This document shows, piece after piece, positions 30,144 through 40,749 of a DNA stretch of 64,000 nucleotides. The DNA lies in the sequence record OR770614.1; one strand, 5' to 3'. This DNA comes from Staphylococcus phage vB_StaM_PB50. The notes beneath the pieces are model-generated. The model ran no database searches, had not been told where the DNA came from, and saw only the letters and a program-made list of their open reading frames with translations. A program made the translations under genes and the position numbers. The first letter of the stretch is position 1, and the number at the start of each line of letters is the position of its first letter.

Positions 30144-30220
30144 AACTAAAAATTCCTCCTAATTCAAGTTATTTCATAATTGCTAGTTATTACAATTTTG
30201 TAAAAAATTAAAAATATAAT

Positions 30221-30262
30221 GCCAAACAACCTTATTAAAGTTGTTTGGCTTGTTTTATATTT
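30221..30262. terminator. hairpin GCCAAACAACCTTATTAAAGTTGTTTGGC with T/A-rich flanks on both strands
   Basis: 11-bp stem between polB-N start region and HTH gene end. Confidence 0.45.
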
Positions 30263-30308
30263 ATTTAGTCCAAATAAAAACTGTTTCTTTAGTAGTTTTT
30301 GATTCTTT

Positions 30309-30509
30309 TTAAATTTTCTCCTTTGATTTTAATTCTAAGTAATAATCATTTAACTTTTCACAAATATTTAAAGATAATCCACCTATTTCTCTTTTACCAT
30401 TCTTAAGTTTAGATATTTGTGATTGATCTACTTTTGTTTCTTTTGCAATTCTACTTCCATTTATATTACTTTTAAGTAATTTTTCTATATTATTTCTCAT
30501 CTCACTCAT
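30309..30509 (-). CDS. small XRE/Cro-like helix-turn-helix DNA-binding protein
   Basis: IAKETKVDQSQISKLKNGKR is the HTH_3 pattern. Confidence 0.6.
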   Translation of the reverse strand: MSEMRNNIEKLLKSNINGSRIAKETKVDQSQISKLKNGKREIGGLSLNICEKLNDYYLELKSKEKI

Positions 30510-30531
30510 ATATAAACTCCCATTCTATATT

Positions 30532-30693
30532 TTATAATAATTTATCTTCTTCATTATATACATATTTTTCTGTATCAACTGTGTCGATATCATCTTGCTG
30601 ATATCTAGTTCTTAAATGTTCAAAGAATAAGTTAAGTGGTAAAGCAATTGCAATAGTCATTAAAGTAGATATTAGTAGTCTTTTTTTATTCAT
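30532..30693 (-). CDS. small (53 aa) membrane-anchored hypothetical protein, not in the ORF track
   Basis: MNKKRLLISTLMTIAIALPLNLFFEHLRTRYQQDDIDTVDTEKYVYNEEDKLL has an N-terminal hydrophobic helix. Confidence 0.3.
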   Translation of the reverse strand: MNKKRLLISTLMTIAIALPLNLFFEHLRTRYQQDDIDTVDTEKYVYNEEDKLL

Positions 30694-30733
30694 TTTAAAA
30701 CATCCTTTTCAAATTTATTTAAATAAGTCTTGT

Positions 30734-33469
30734 TTAATTTAATTTAAATAACACATTCTTACCTTGCATTATTTCTTCATCATTAATATCAATCTTACTT
30801 TCATATCCTTTAAGTAAAATTAAATCAATATCAGAACTATAAAATTCATCATTATGACTAATTAAGAATACTTGTTCTAATCCCATTAATTCAATTTGTT
30901 TATCTATAACATCAACAAATCTTCTACGATTATTAGAGTCTAATGTTGCGTCCATCTCATCTAGGTAAAGAATATTATAATCTTGTGATACTTTATTTAA
31001 TAATGATAATGATAAACTAATATTAGTTAAAGCTGTTTCACCTTGAGAAGCTTCTTTAATGTCTTGTAATTCAGTTCCATTACCTTTATAAACATTAATA
31101 AAGAAATCCTTGTCAGTTAAATCAAAATCAATCTTGAATGAATTATTATAAGCTACTGAAAGAAGTTCATTAGTACTTACTGCAATATCTTTAAGGTAAT
31201 TAGTAATGAATATTAATGGTATAGAATCTTTTTTAGGGTTTAATGAATCGACTACTAATGAATATTTCCATAAAACTTTCTCAATATCATCAATCTTATT
31301 AATAATCGTATTTACTGTAAAGTATTTTTCTTTAGTAGATTCTAATTCATTTTTCTTCATAGTTAAATTATCTTTAATAGAATTAATCTTATTATCTGAT
31401 TGTTGATTAAGTTCATATAATCTACTTAATTTATTTAAATCTTTATCAACTTCATCAATCTTATATTGTTTATCTTTAATGTTAGATTTAATTTCATCAG
31501 ACTTCTCTGTTAAATTAATAAATTCATTAATAATGTCTAAAGTATTTTGTCCTTTATCTTTCTTTGCATTAAGTTCATTAAGATTCTCTAAGATATTATC
31601 TTTATTACTTTTAACTTCTTCAATCTGCTTTTCTAATTCAGCTTTATCTTCATTATATTGATTCATTAATTTTTGATTAGAATGATCTTCTTTAAACGCA
31701 TATCTTTTTCTTTCTAATTCTTTAGATAATTCATCTCTATTGCGTTCAGATGTTCTAATTTCATTAACATTATCTGATAATGATTTCAAGCTATTTTCTT
31801 CATTAGTAAATGAGCTATTATTAATAAATATTTCTTTAATATTATCCATAGTAATAATATCAAAACCTAAATATTCGTTTAATGAATCGACATCTTCTTT
31901 AATATAATTAAATTGATTTAATATATCGATATGATTAGAAAGAAGTTCATTATCATTTTCTAACTGATTATTTTCTTCATAAAGTTCATTAACTCTAGTT
32001 TCCAATTTATCAATTGAATCATATTCATTATCTTTAAAATCAACTACTAAAGGTACAAACACACATTCTTTATAATGTTCATGATCTTTTTGTTCTAATA
32101 TTTTAAGTAAATCTGATTTACCTTTAATTTGATTAAGACTTGTATTAAGTTCATTAGCTTCATTTAGGTTCATAGAAATTTTTTCTTTATTAGATTTAAT
32201 TTCAGTTTCAAAATCTCCATGAATATCATTATATTTAAATTTATTATCATTAACTAGACTCTTGAATTTATTAACTTTATTTAATAGATTATCTATATAT
32301 AAATTAAGCGTATTAACTTCAATGTCGTCTTTAATTTTAATATTAAAGTTATTGAAATAAGATCCTCTAGCAGCATCTATATCATTATCCAAATCAGTTA
32401 GATCATCTTTATATGATTGAAGAATTTCATCAATTTCCTGTGAAGCGTCATAATCTTCATTGAACTTAATAGCATTCATTCTAGATTCAATTTTAGATTT
32501 TCTACTAATTAAATCATCTAATTTATCTTGATTAGATTCTTTATCTTTTTTAGTTGATGTTAAATTTGTATGAACTTCATTAAGTATAGAAGATACTTTT
32601 TCTTTCTTTTCATTAGCAGATTCTAATGTATAATTATTTAAATTTTCATTAGATTCTTTTAACTTTCTTTCTTTTTCTAATTCAATTTCAAGTTCATGAA
32701 GTTCATTACTTAAATTTTCTTTTAATTGAGTTGGATGAATTTCATTATACTTTTCTTCCATAATAGAATTTAATTTAGTTTCATTAGAAGTCTTTTCTTT
32801 ATTAGCATTATCTAATTCATCCTGAATTTCATTAATTAGATTTTCTAGTACTTCTTTTTCTTTCTTAATTTCATCAAATTCTTTATATTTATCTAAATCA
32901 AATCTTAATGATTTAAGATCTTTATCAATAAGTCTTTTCTTTTCATTAGCTACTTTATAAGCTTCTAAATATTTATCAATATTAGGTACAAATTTATTAA
33001 TATATGTCTTACGATCACCAGTAGTATAATCAATAAAGTTAGAAACATTATCTCCTAATCTACCTACAGTGAAATATTCTTGAGATACGTCTAATTCTTT
33101 ATCAACTATTTCATTAAATAACTTAATACCACCATTCTCATTTAGCTCTTCACCATTCTTTTTAATAAATGATTTATTTTGAGAACTGTTTTTTCCATAA
33201 TGATGTTTAATCTCATATATGTCACTATTTTTAATATAATCGATTTCTTTAATTCCTTTTTCATCTTCAATAATATGATTTTTTCTTACATCATTAGAAC
33301 CTCTGTATGGACTTAATTGAGATATAATCGCTGATTTTCCAGATCCATTATCTCCAAGAAGCATTATCATATTATTTTTACTTTTACTGAAGTCTATTTC
33401 AATTTCTTTTAATCCTGTTCCAGCATATATACCTATAAAATTCTTTAACTTTAATCTTTTAATTTTCAT
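30734..33469 (-). CDS. SbcC/Rad50-like ATPase (recombination/repair; ABC-type head plus long coiled coil)
   Basis: Walker A MLLGDNGSGKSA at the N-terminus; about 600 aa of coiled coil; C-terminal signature EASQGETAL, Walker B ILYLDEMDATLD, and LISHNDEF. Confidence 0.75.
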   Translation of the reverse strand: MKIKRLKLKNFIGIYAGTGLKEIEIDFSKSKNNMIMLLGDNGSGKSAIISQLSPYRGSNDVRKNHIIEDEKGIKEIDYIKNSDIYEIKHHYGKNSSQNKSFIKKNGEELNENGGIKLFNEIVDKELDVSQEYFTVGRLGDNVSNFIDYTTGDRKTYINKFVPNIDKYLEAYKVANEKKRLIDKDLKSLRFDLDKYKEFDEIKKEKEVLENLINEIQDELDNANKEKTSNETKLNSIMEEKYNEIHPTQLKENLSNELHELEIELEKERKLKESNENLNNYTLESANEKKEKVSSILNEVHTNLTSTKKDKESNQDKLDDLISRKSKIESRMNAIKFNEDYDASQEIDEILQSYKDDLTDLDNDIDAARGSYFNNFNIKIKDDIEVNTLNLYIDNLLNKVNKFKSLVNDNKFKYNDIHGDFETEIKSNKEKISMNLNEANELNTSLNQIKGKSDLLKILEQKDHEHYKECVFVPLVVDFKDNEYDSIDKLETRVNELYEENNQLENDNELLSNHIDILNQFNYIKEDVDSLNEYLGFDIITMDNIKEIFINNSSFTNEENSLKSLSDNVNEIRTSERNRDELSKELERKRYAFKEDHSNQKLMNQYNEDKAELEKQIEEVKSNKDNILENLNELNAKKDKGQNTLDIINEFINLTEKSDEIKSNIKDKQYKIDEVDKDLNKLSRLYELNQQSDNKINSIKDNLTMKKNELESTKEKYFTVNTIINKIDDIEKVLWKYSLVVDSLNPKKDSIPLIFITNYLKDIAVSTNELLSVAYNNSFKIDFDLTDKDFFINVYKGNGTELQDIKEASQGETALTNISLSLSLLNKVSQDYNILYLDEMDATLDSNNRRRFVDVIDKQIELMGLEQVFLISHNDEFYSSDIDLILLKGYESKIDINDEEIMQGKNVLFKLN

Positions 33470-33526
33470 TATCCAAAGTCATCTCCTAGCCGAATTATAA
33501 TTTTCCGTTACTATAGATTTTTAATT

Positions 33527-34387
33527 TTATTTAAAATTATCCCTTACTTTATATTTAGCTATAATCTTTTCATCATTAATTTTCTCAAATGTATCTGTTT
33601 CATCTATATAACTGAATAATTCTATATATTCATCTTTAATATCTTCTTCTTTTATTTTTAAATCTTCTTTGCTAAATTCTAAAAAATATTTTTCATTTAA
33701 ATAAAAATTTATATTAAGATGGTTAGTTATTTTATTCAATAATATTAGTATTTCACTATTTATATTTAGAAGAACTTTATACATCATATGATGACCTAGA
33801 TTTTTTTTCTTTAAAGCATTATATAATTGAATTGGATCTTCTTCAGGTATAAATTTATTTATTTCAAATACCAATGTATTATTTTCTCCTTTAAACTCAA
33901 ATACATTTCCACATATTTTATTAAATAATTTTTTGTCTAATTCAGTTCCAAGATTTGAAATATTCAATTCTAAACTAAGATCAATACCATTTTTAAGTAC
34001 ATAAATATCATTATCGTCTTTATCTTTATATTTACCTTTTTCATGAAATTTAACATCTGAATTTAAATTTATACTAAAATTATTTAATATTTTTGAATTG
34101 TCTATACTATAAGATAAAAAAGGTAGAAATGACATCATATCTAGATTAACTCCTTTAATATGTCTTGGTTCCTCTTTAAAAATATTAAAAAGCATAAAAG
34201 GGGATTTATCAGGGTTTCTATTTTCTTTATTTGAGAATTGTAAATTTGATAATATATGACTTAAAGTATTAATTTCTGGAGTTATAAAATTCTTTATACC
34301 TATATCCGATAAATCTTCAATTTCATTTTCAACTGTGTACATTTTGTCTTCTAATTTATATAGATAATAATCTTTATTTTTATCCAA
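33527..34387 (-). CDS. member of the paralogous KYLVKxNFK-tail family (unknown function)
   Basis: N-terminus MDKNKDYYLYKLEDKMYTVENEIEDL; C-terminus FEKINDEKIIAKYKVRDNFK. Confidence 0.6.
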   Translation of the reverse strand: MDKNKDYYLYKLEDKMYTVENEIEDLSDIGIKNFITPEINTLSHILSNLQFSNKENRNPDKSPFMLFNIFKEEPRHIKGVNLDMMSFLPFLSYSIDNSKILNNFSINLNSDVKFHEKGKYKDKDDNDIYVLKNGIDLSLELNISNLGTELDKKLFNKICGNVFEFKGENNTLVFEINKFIPEEDPIQLYNALKKKNLGHHMMYKVLLNINSEILILLNKITNHLNINFYLNEKYFLEFSKEDLKIKEEDIKDEYIELFSYIDETDTFEKINDEKIIAKYKVRDNFK

Positions 34388-34401
34388 CGAAAAATCCTCC
34401 T

Positions 34402-35133
34402 TTATTTAAAATTTTCTCTTACTAAATACTTCTCAATAGTTTCTTTATCAGTTATTTCCTTAAATATTCTACCAGAATCAAAATTTTTAAGAAATTCAAT
34501 TTCTTTATTATCGAATTTACTATAGTCTTCTAAATTTTTAGTTCCAATTATAGATGCAAAAGAAACTTCTTTTATTAAGAATTCTAAATCAAAATGTTTA
34601 GACATTGCATGTAAAACATTGATAATTGCACCATTCATATCAGATAAAGTAAACACCATATCATTATTATTTTTAAGATTTTCATTTTCAAGATCTGAAA
34701 TGAAAATATCATAATCACTTATTACCGGTAAATACTCCATTTTTATTGAATTATTTTTGTCTAAGATATCTCCAGATACAGATCTAAAGAATGGATTATA
34801 AACAGTAGGATAAACTCCAGTATTAAATACTAAAGTTAAGTAGCTGGTATCATTTTTATTTATTTCAAATCTTCCAGCAATATCGATATAATCAATTGAT
34901 TCTTCATTTTTACTTTTTATTGAATAATATAATCTAGGAAATATATTATGAAAATCTATAGTACAAGATTTTTTATCTTTTTCATAGCTGGACCATTCAT
35001 AGGAATCAGTTTTAACTTGTAAACTAGCAAGCAAATAATTGAAAAATATTTCATTATTTGTTTGCTCTGAATTTATATTATCTATTTCAATTAATCTTTC
35101 ACTTAGTTTTGTTACAAAATATTTTTTACCCAT
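34402..35133 (-). CDS. member of the KYLVKxNFK-tail family
   Basis: N-terminus MGKKYFVTKLSERLIEIDNI; C-terminus IFKEITDKETIEKYLVRENFK. Confidence 0.6.
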   Translation of the reverse strand: MGKKYFVTKLSERLIEIDNINSEQTNNEIFFNYLLASLQVKTDSYEWSSYEKDKKSCTIDFHNIFPRLYYSIKSKNEESIDYIDIAGRFEINKNDTSYLTLVFNTGVYPTVYNPFFRSVSGDILDKNNSIKMEYLPVISDYDIFISDLENENLKNNNDMVFTLSDMNGAIINVLHAMSKHFDLEFLIKEVSFASIIGTKNLEDYSKFDNKEIEFLKNFDSGRIFKEITDKETIEKYLVRENFK

Positions 35134-35149
35134 ATTAAATTTCTCCTTT

Positions 35150-35932
35150 TTATTTAAAATTATTTTTCACTAAATATTTTTTAATAATCTTTTCATCTTT
35201 AATCTCTTCAAATACTCCAGATATTTTATACTCGTCAAATAAATTATAGTATTCATCATCTATATCAACATTATCTCTTTTATCATTCTCTGGTATGTGC
35301 GAGAAACAACCATCTGATACAAAAAATTCTATATCAAAATGATCTCTAATTTGTGATAAAATTTCCAATATAGAACTATTTACTTCAACTAATATTTGGT
35401 ATAAATCTTTATTATTTCTAAAATTATTCTCTGTACCACTATTAAAATCTGATATTAAATCTTCCATGCTATTTATATGAAATCTAAAAGGCACTTTTAA
35501 AGAATTGGATTCATCTAATATATTGCCAATAACGCTATTAAAAATTATTGAATTTATACCTGAAGAGTATGGATTTTCAATTCTAACTTTTAAATAGTTC
35601 TTATTTTCTATTGATTCGTTGAAAATAATATCAAAATCAATAATAAGTATATTCGTTGTCTTTTTATTATTAACATTATATTTGATAACTGGAAAAATAT
35701 ATCCAGCCGATATAATCCCTGACCATAAATTCTCTCCATTATCATCTTTATCAACAATCTCTTCAGAAGATATAGTTATTTCTTCATTACTTTTTACTTG
35801 TAAATTAGAAAGTAATTGAGGTAGATATAAATAATCTTCACTTATATTATATTTGTATAAATTAGTAACTTCAAATAAATCATCTGTCATTTTACTTAAA
35901 AAATATTTTTTATGACTTTTATTTATACTCAT
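35150..35932 (-). CDS. member of the KYLVKxNFK-tail family
   Basis: N-terminus ...HKKYFLSKMTDDLFEVTN; C-terminus VFEEIKDEKIIKKYLVKNNFK. Confidence 0.6.
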   Translation of the reverse strand: MSINKSHKKYFLSKMTDDLFEVTNLYKYNISEDYLYLPQLLSNLQVKSNEEITISSEEIVDKDDNGENLWSGIISAGYIFPVIKYNVNNKKTTNILIIDFDIIFNESIENKNYLKVRIENPYSSGINSIIFNSVIGNILDESNSLKVPFRFHINSMEDLISDFNSGTENNFRNNKDLYQILVEVNSSILEILSQIRDHFDIEFFVSDGCFSHIPENDKRDNVDIDDEYYNLFDEYKISGVFEEIKDEKIIKKYLVKNNFK

Positions 35933-36741
35933 TATGAAAATCCTTTCTTGACTTTAAAATTTTTAATATCTTTTTCATCTGTTAATTCTTTAAATAAATC
36001 ATTTTCATCACTTTCTATTAGATGTAATAAATTAATTAAACTGCCACCCTTACTGGAGAAACTAATATAAAATTCTATATCATCTTTATACATATATTTA
36101 ATCTCATAAAGAGACATTAATACACTAAGATTATTCTGATATAATATTATAAAGAATAAATCCTTAAAATCTTCTATAAATTTAATAATAGGATTTTTCT
36201 CAAATGCCGATATTGAAAAACTTAAATCCATAAATGATTCATTATTATATTTGATCTCGTATAAACTCTTTTCAAATAATTCAATATTTACAAGAGATCT
36301 CATTTTTTCATTTATTCCTTCATTAACTAAATTATTTTCATTTACTAAACCATTAGTAATTGTATTGAAATATTCTTTATATAATGAATTATCAAAATGA
36401 AAATCTAATTTAAATTCTCCAGTTTCAATTTTATCCATTCTACCAGTATTGAAATTAATATGAAAATTAGTATTAAATCTTTTAAAAGCATCATTTTTAT
36501 TATGTTTGTCTATAAAATAAATATCATTATCAATTTCTTTATAATGAAAATTCATATAATCTTCTTCTTTAGAAATATTATTTATGAAAGATTTAGCGTA
36601 TCCTTTACTACTTAAAATATTATTAATATCCATAGTGGTTAATACATATGCAATATATTCATATCGGTTAAGATAATTTCTATCAATTTCAATTAATTCA
36701 TCTCTTTCTTTATCTATAAAATATTTTGTATTATTTTTCAT
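35932..36741 (-). CDS. member of the KYLVKxNFK-tail family (start moved to the internal ATG at 36741)
   Basis: N-terminus MKNNTKYFIDKERDELIEIDRNY; C-terminus LFKELTDEKDIKNFKVKKGFS. The ORF-track start at 36789 would overlap the upstream gene by 47 nt. Confidence 0.55.
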   Translation of the reverse strand: MKNNTKYFIDKERDELIEIDRNYLNRYEYIAYVLTTMDINNILSSKGYAKSFINNISKEEDYMNFHYKEIDNDIYFIDKHNKNDAFKRFNTNFHINFNTGRMDKIETGEFKLDFHFDNSLYKEYFNTITNGLVNENNLVNEGINEKMRSLVNIELFEKSLYEIKYNNESFMDLSFSISAFEKNPIIKFIEDFKDLFFIILYQNNLSVLMSLYEIKYMYKDDIEFYISFSSKGGSLINLLHLIESDENDLFKELTDEKDIKNFKVKKGFS

Positions 36742-36742
36742 A

Positions 36743-37522
36743 TTAGGAAAATCCTTTCTTGACTTTAAATTTTTTAATCTCTTTCTCATCAGTTATTTCT
36801 CTAAAATATGCATCAGCGTCAAAATCATTTAAACTGATATACTTATCATATTCTTTTTCAAAACTAAAACCTTTTTCTTTTACCTTTTCCTTAACGCTAA
36901 AATCCCAATCCGGTGCAATAAGAAATTCAATATCTGAATGGTCTTGTATCTGATCTAGTAATTCAAAGATTAATTTATTTGTATCATTAAATATTTTATA
37001 TAAATCATCTTTGAGTTCTACAGCTCTTTTTCCTTTTTGTATATGACTTTTATAATATTTTAAAAATCGAGATATAATTTCTTCATTAAAGCTATGATGT
37101 AAATATAGTTCGCCATCATCATCAAATATACCAGATCTTTTACTAAATAATCTTTTACCTATCTTACTATTATTATATACAGGGAAAGCTCTAATCTTAA
37201 TATAGTTATCGTCTTCTTCTTTTAAACTAAAACGTATTGTAGCGTAAAAGAGAAGTTCCATTTTATTTTTTTTACCCTTATATTTATATTTTACGGTAGG
37301 GAAAGCATCAAAAAATAATCTAACACCAAATAAGCCATCATTATCATCATATTCTTCATGAGTTATGAAAAATCTTTCATTATACTTTAACTGCATTTCA
37401 GCGAATAATTTGCTTAAAACTTTCCATTTAAAGTCAAAATAGTTTGTTTCATTTTCATTGAAACTTAATTCCATAAATTCTTCTCTCAATTTACTAATAT
37501 AATATTTATTAATTTTCTCCAT
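36743..37522 (-). CDS. member of the KYLVKxNFK-tail family
   Basis: N-terminus MEKINKYYISKLREEFMELSFN; C-terminus YFREITDEKEIKKFKVKKGFS. Confidence 0.6.
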   Translation of the reverse strand: MEKINKYYISKLREEFMELSFNENETNYFDFKWKVLSKLFAEMQLKYNERFFITHEEYDDNDGLFGVRLFFDAFPTVKYKYKGKKNKMELLFYATIRFSLKEEDDNYIKIRAFPVYNNSKIGKRLFSKRSGIFDDDGELYLHHSFNEEIISRFLKYYKSHIQKGKRAVELKDDLYKIFNDTNKLIFELLDQIQDHSDIEFLIAPDWDFSVKEKVKEKGFSFEKEYDKYISLNDFDADAYFREITDEKEIKKFKVKKGFS

Positions 37523-37547
37523 TTATTTAACTCCTTTTATTATAATA

Positions 37548-37579
37548 ATCCCAATACCTAAATTAATGGGTATTGGGAT
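37548..37579. terminator. hairpin ATCCCAATACCTAAATTAATGGGTATTGGGAT (same family as 4033)
   Basis: Inverted repeat with one G.U pair. It lies between two minus-strand genes and is immediately followed by the conserved AT motif. Confidence 0.5.
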
Positions 37580-37583
37580 AACA

Positions 37584-37605
37584 TTTTTATAATATATATT
37601 TATTC
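37584..37605 (-). promoter_or_regulatory. conserved AT-rich motif (ACATTTTTATAATATATATTTATT), candidate promoter for 36743-37522
   Basis: Lies 62-81 nt upstream of the start at 37522. Confidence 0.35.
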
Positions 37606-38006
37606 TAATCTTCAGAATTGAGTGACACTTGAACATTTTCCATTTCTTCACGTTGTTCTTTAAGTCTATCAAGAACTTCTTTTTCTTCTTTATTTTGAGT
37701 TAATTCTGGTTCAATTAATAATTCTTTTTCTTTCATGTCTTCTAATATACTTAAACCTTTTTGAACCTCTGGCGATTCATTAGAAGGATTAAATCTATTA
37801 TGTTTATTATCATAATAATTTAATTTAACTAGATCTGAATTAGTTTCAATAACCACTTCAGCTTCTATGAATAAAATATCATTCGGATCAGTTACACGTT
37901 TTCTATATATTAAAGCTTTAGTATAAGAATCCTTTTTAAAACCATAATCTCTTAATAGCTGTTTAATATTTTCTTTATTACTATTTAATCTATATTCTGA
38001 TAACAT
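37605..38006 (-). CDS. hypothetical protein
   Basis: 133-aa ORF; not a family member. Confidence 0.45.
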   Translation of the reverse strand: MLSEYRLNSNKENIKQLLRDYGFKKDSYTKALIYRKRVTDPNDILFIEAEVVIETNSDLVKLNYYDNKHNRFNPSNESPEVQKGLSILEDMKEKELLIEPELTQNKEEKEVLDRLKEQREEMENVQVSLNSED

Positions 38007-38168
38007 TATAAATCACTCCTTAATTATTTTTACTAAATTCATGAACTTCATTAAGATGCTCATGATCTTGGTAGCTAAATTTAAACTCGTATAGTTTCTT
38101 TTCAAATCTTTTTCTAGTTAATAATTCGTATAATCTTTTTAACATATCTAATACATCTCCTTATTAAT

Positions 38169-38579
38169 TTAAAATGAAGCATCTATTACTAAATAAAAAT
38201 TATGCTTATTGCTTTCTAAATAGTATCTATTTTGAAATATTTCTAACATTAATTTGTAGTATTTTGTTAGATCATTATCAAAATTATCTTCTTTTAATTC
38301 TTTTTTCATTAATTCTTTTAAATTTGATTCTGAAATTACTTGAACATCATAACCTTCATCATCTTTAAAAATAGTTGAATTTTCACTTAAAACTTTAAAT
38401 AATTCATGTGGTTTATATAATTCTAATTCAAATAAGTGATTTTTCTTATTTATATATCTTTTATTTTTAATATACCAATCTAAATTTCTTTGATGACTTT
38501 TATTTATTCCATATATACTAAGTTCCATACCCATAAATAATACATCTCCTATATAATAAATACCCATAATATATTGCAT
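38169..38579 (-). CDS. hypothetical protein
   Basis: 136-aa ORF. Confidence 0.45.
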   Translation of the reverse strand: MQYIMGIYYIGDVLFMGMELSIYGINKSHQRNLDWYIKNKRYINKKNHLFELELYKPHELFKVLSENSTIFKDDEGYDVQVISESNLKELMKKELKEDNFDNDLTKYYKLMLEIFQNRYYLESNKHNFYLVIDASF

Positions 38580-38602
38580 TAATATATTATGGGCAAAATA
38601 AT

Positions 38603-39388
38603 CTAAAATTCTGCTTTTTGATAAATATTTCCAAATTCATCTTTAACTATTTCATCATTACCTTCAATATCTTCAAAGATAAGATCTCTAGTCATAGTAA
38701 ATAATTCTGGATATTCATCTTCAAGCTCATCTTCTTCAATGATATTCATTTCATTATCAGCAATTACTAGTTCATATTCATTTGGAGTATCACCTAATAC
38801 AAAGAATTGCAATGTGCCTTTATATACTTTTAAAATAGAAGCTAAGTCTTGATATTTAAGTTCATTGACCTCTTTTTGTAATTCCTCTCTTTTTTCAATT
38901 TCTTTTTCATCTTCATCTATATCTTTATTTAGATTTTCTAAAGTTTGATCTAATTTATCTTTCAAATCTTCTTCATCTTCAGCAGTATCTTCTTCATTTT
39001 CTGTCATGCTGTTTAATATATCTTTATTAGACATATTATTAAGCTGACTAAGTACATTTTTAGCAAGCACTTTATAGTTATCTTCAGATTCATCATCTTC
39101 AGCCATTTTCTGAGCTTTCATAGTTAAGTCAATAATATCTTTTTTAACATTTTTCATTTGCATAATAGTGTCTTTAATTTCTTTTTCTACACTAATAATA
39201 TTAGCTTCCATATTAGATACAAATGTATGTTTAGGATATTTCAGATTCTTAGTTAAATCTCTAATTCTTTCTTCTAATTGAATTTCTTTACGTTCCATTT
39301 TAGATTTAAAACCAACTAGCATTTTATATTCTTCCATCATATCATTAATTTGTGAAATTAAATCAATTCCGTTATTTTCATTAGACAT
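38603..39388 (-). CDS. hypothetical acidic coiled-coil protein
   Basis: 261-aa ORF with Glu/Asp-rich segments. Confidence 0.5.
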   Translation of the reverse strand: MSNENNGIDLISQINDMMEEYKMLVGFKSKMERKEIQLEERIRDLTKNLKYPKHTFVSNMEANIISVEKEIKDTIMQMKNVKKDIIDLTMKAQKMAEDDESEDNYKVLAKNVLSQLNNMSNKDILNSMTENEEDTAEDEEDLKDKLDQTLENLNKDIDEDEKEIEKREELQKEVNELKYQDLASILKVYKGTLQFFVLGDTPNEYELVIADNEMNIIEEDELEDEYPELFTMTRDLIFEDIEGNDEIVKDEFGNIYQKAEF

Positions 39389-39434
39389 TTAGTTAATCAC
39401 TTCTTTCATATATTATAAAAGTAAGTTAATTAAA

Positions 39435-40121
39435 TTACCTAAAGTTTTTATTTACTAAATAGTTTTTAATTTCTTTCTCATCTTTAATTTCAATAAATTT
39501 CTTACTGAAATTTAATATATTATAATCTTCTAATGTACCATCTTTATACTTCGAGAAATTTTCTAGTTTTATTTTATTCTTATTTTCTTCAAATTCTTCT
39601 ATAATTTCTTCATTAATTACATAAAAATCAATATCATCATTTTCAATTTCTTTTAATACCGCTTCAAACATTTCACTAAAGAAAATCTGATCTTCTTCTT
39701 TATAATCATATTCAAATTTAGGATAATTTTCATATTTAAATAATTTCCGGTTATAAAATAAGTTTCTTACTTTTGTGAAATTTCCAACACTTTCAAATTT
39801 ATTAAGAGTTGCAGCTGTAGGTGTAAGTTTAATATTAATTATAGCTTCATGATTAAGCTTCAACCGAATAGTCAATTCTATGTGTTTTATTCTATACATA
39901 ATGTTATTGTGATTAATTACAATGAAACTTCCAGTCATTCCTTGATGTCTCAATATATAGTCGTCTTTTGTATATTTTTCATGCTTCACTAAGTATAGAT
40001 TATCATCCACATAGTTAATAAATGAAAAAGATCTAATATATTTTTCTATACCATCTTTTGCTTCTATATATTTTCCATTATCTATATTTTTGTATAATTT
40101 AAAATCAATCATATTATTCAA
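39435..40121 (-). CDS. member of the KYLVKxNFK-tail family
   Basis: N-terminus MNNMIDFKLYKNIDNGKYIEAKDG; C-terminus FIEIKDEKEIKNYLVNKNFR. Confidence 0.6.
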   Translation of the reverse strand: MNNMIDFKLYKNIDNGKYIEAKDGIEKYIRSFSFINYVDDNLYLVKHEKYTKDDYILRHQGMTGSFIVINHNNIMYRIKHIELTIRLKLNHEAIINIKLTPTAATLNKFESVGNFTKVRNLFYNRKLFKYENYPKFEYDYKEEDQIFFSEMFEAVLKEIENDDIDFYVINEEIIEEFEENKNKIKLENFSKYKDGTLEDYNILNFSKKFIEIKDEKEIKNYLVNKNFR

Positions 40122-40749
40122 AACCTTTCTTGACTAAGTAATTTTTAATTTCCTTTTCATCCGTTACTTCTTTAAATAGTTCATCTATAATATTTAAATT
40201 ATAGATTTCTTTTATATCCTCTTTACTTATTTTGTAATCATGAATATTGTCTTCGTTATTTAATGAAAAGACATTAAATGCAGAACCATTTTTATTAAAT
40301 ATATCTCTAGTCAAGTATTCTTTAGCTCTGTCTAGTAAAGTTTTTCCTTCAGTATATATTTCTGTATCATTAAAATAAAATTCAATTTCACCTTCTCTAG
40401 ATACAAAAGGTCCTATTTCACAGTGAACTTCTTTTTTTGAAAACGCTGGAATATCTAATACAAAACTAAATTCATATTGACCATCATTTTTATCTACGAA
40501 AAGATCAAATTCATTTACATAAAAAAGATTATTCATATCATAACCGAATCTTAGAATTAGACCATCCATAGAATTTATCCAAAGACGAACATTTTTAACA
40601 TCATAACCAGTACAGCCTGGATGTTTGAAAAATTGATCAAAAGATATATCAAATAATTCTTTTCTAGAAAGACTCTTTTTATCAATGAAACTATATTCTA
40701 AAATATCAGATACATATAATGATTCATTCATTTTAATTACCTCTTTCAT
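40114..40749 (-). CDS. member of the KYLVKxNFK-tail family
   Basis: C-terminus LFKEVTDEKEIKNYLVKKGFE; its start overlaps the stop of the upstream gene. Confidence 0.6.
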   Translation of the reverse strand: MKEVIKMNESLYVSDILEYSFIDKKSLSRKELFDISFDQFFKHPGCTGYDVKNVRLWINSMDGLILRFGYDMNNLFYVNEFDLFVDKNDGQYEFSFVLDIPAFSKKEVHCEIGPFVSREGEIEFYFNDTEIYTEGKTLLDRAKEYLTRDIFNKNGSAFNVFSLNNEDNIHDYKISKEDIKEIYNLNIIDELFKEVTDEKEIKNYLVKKGFE

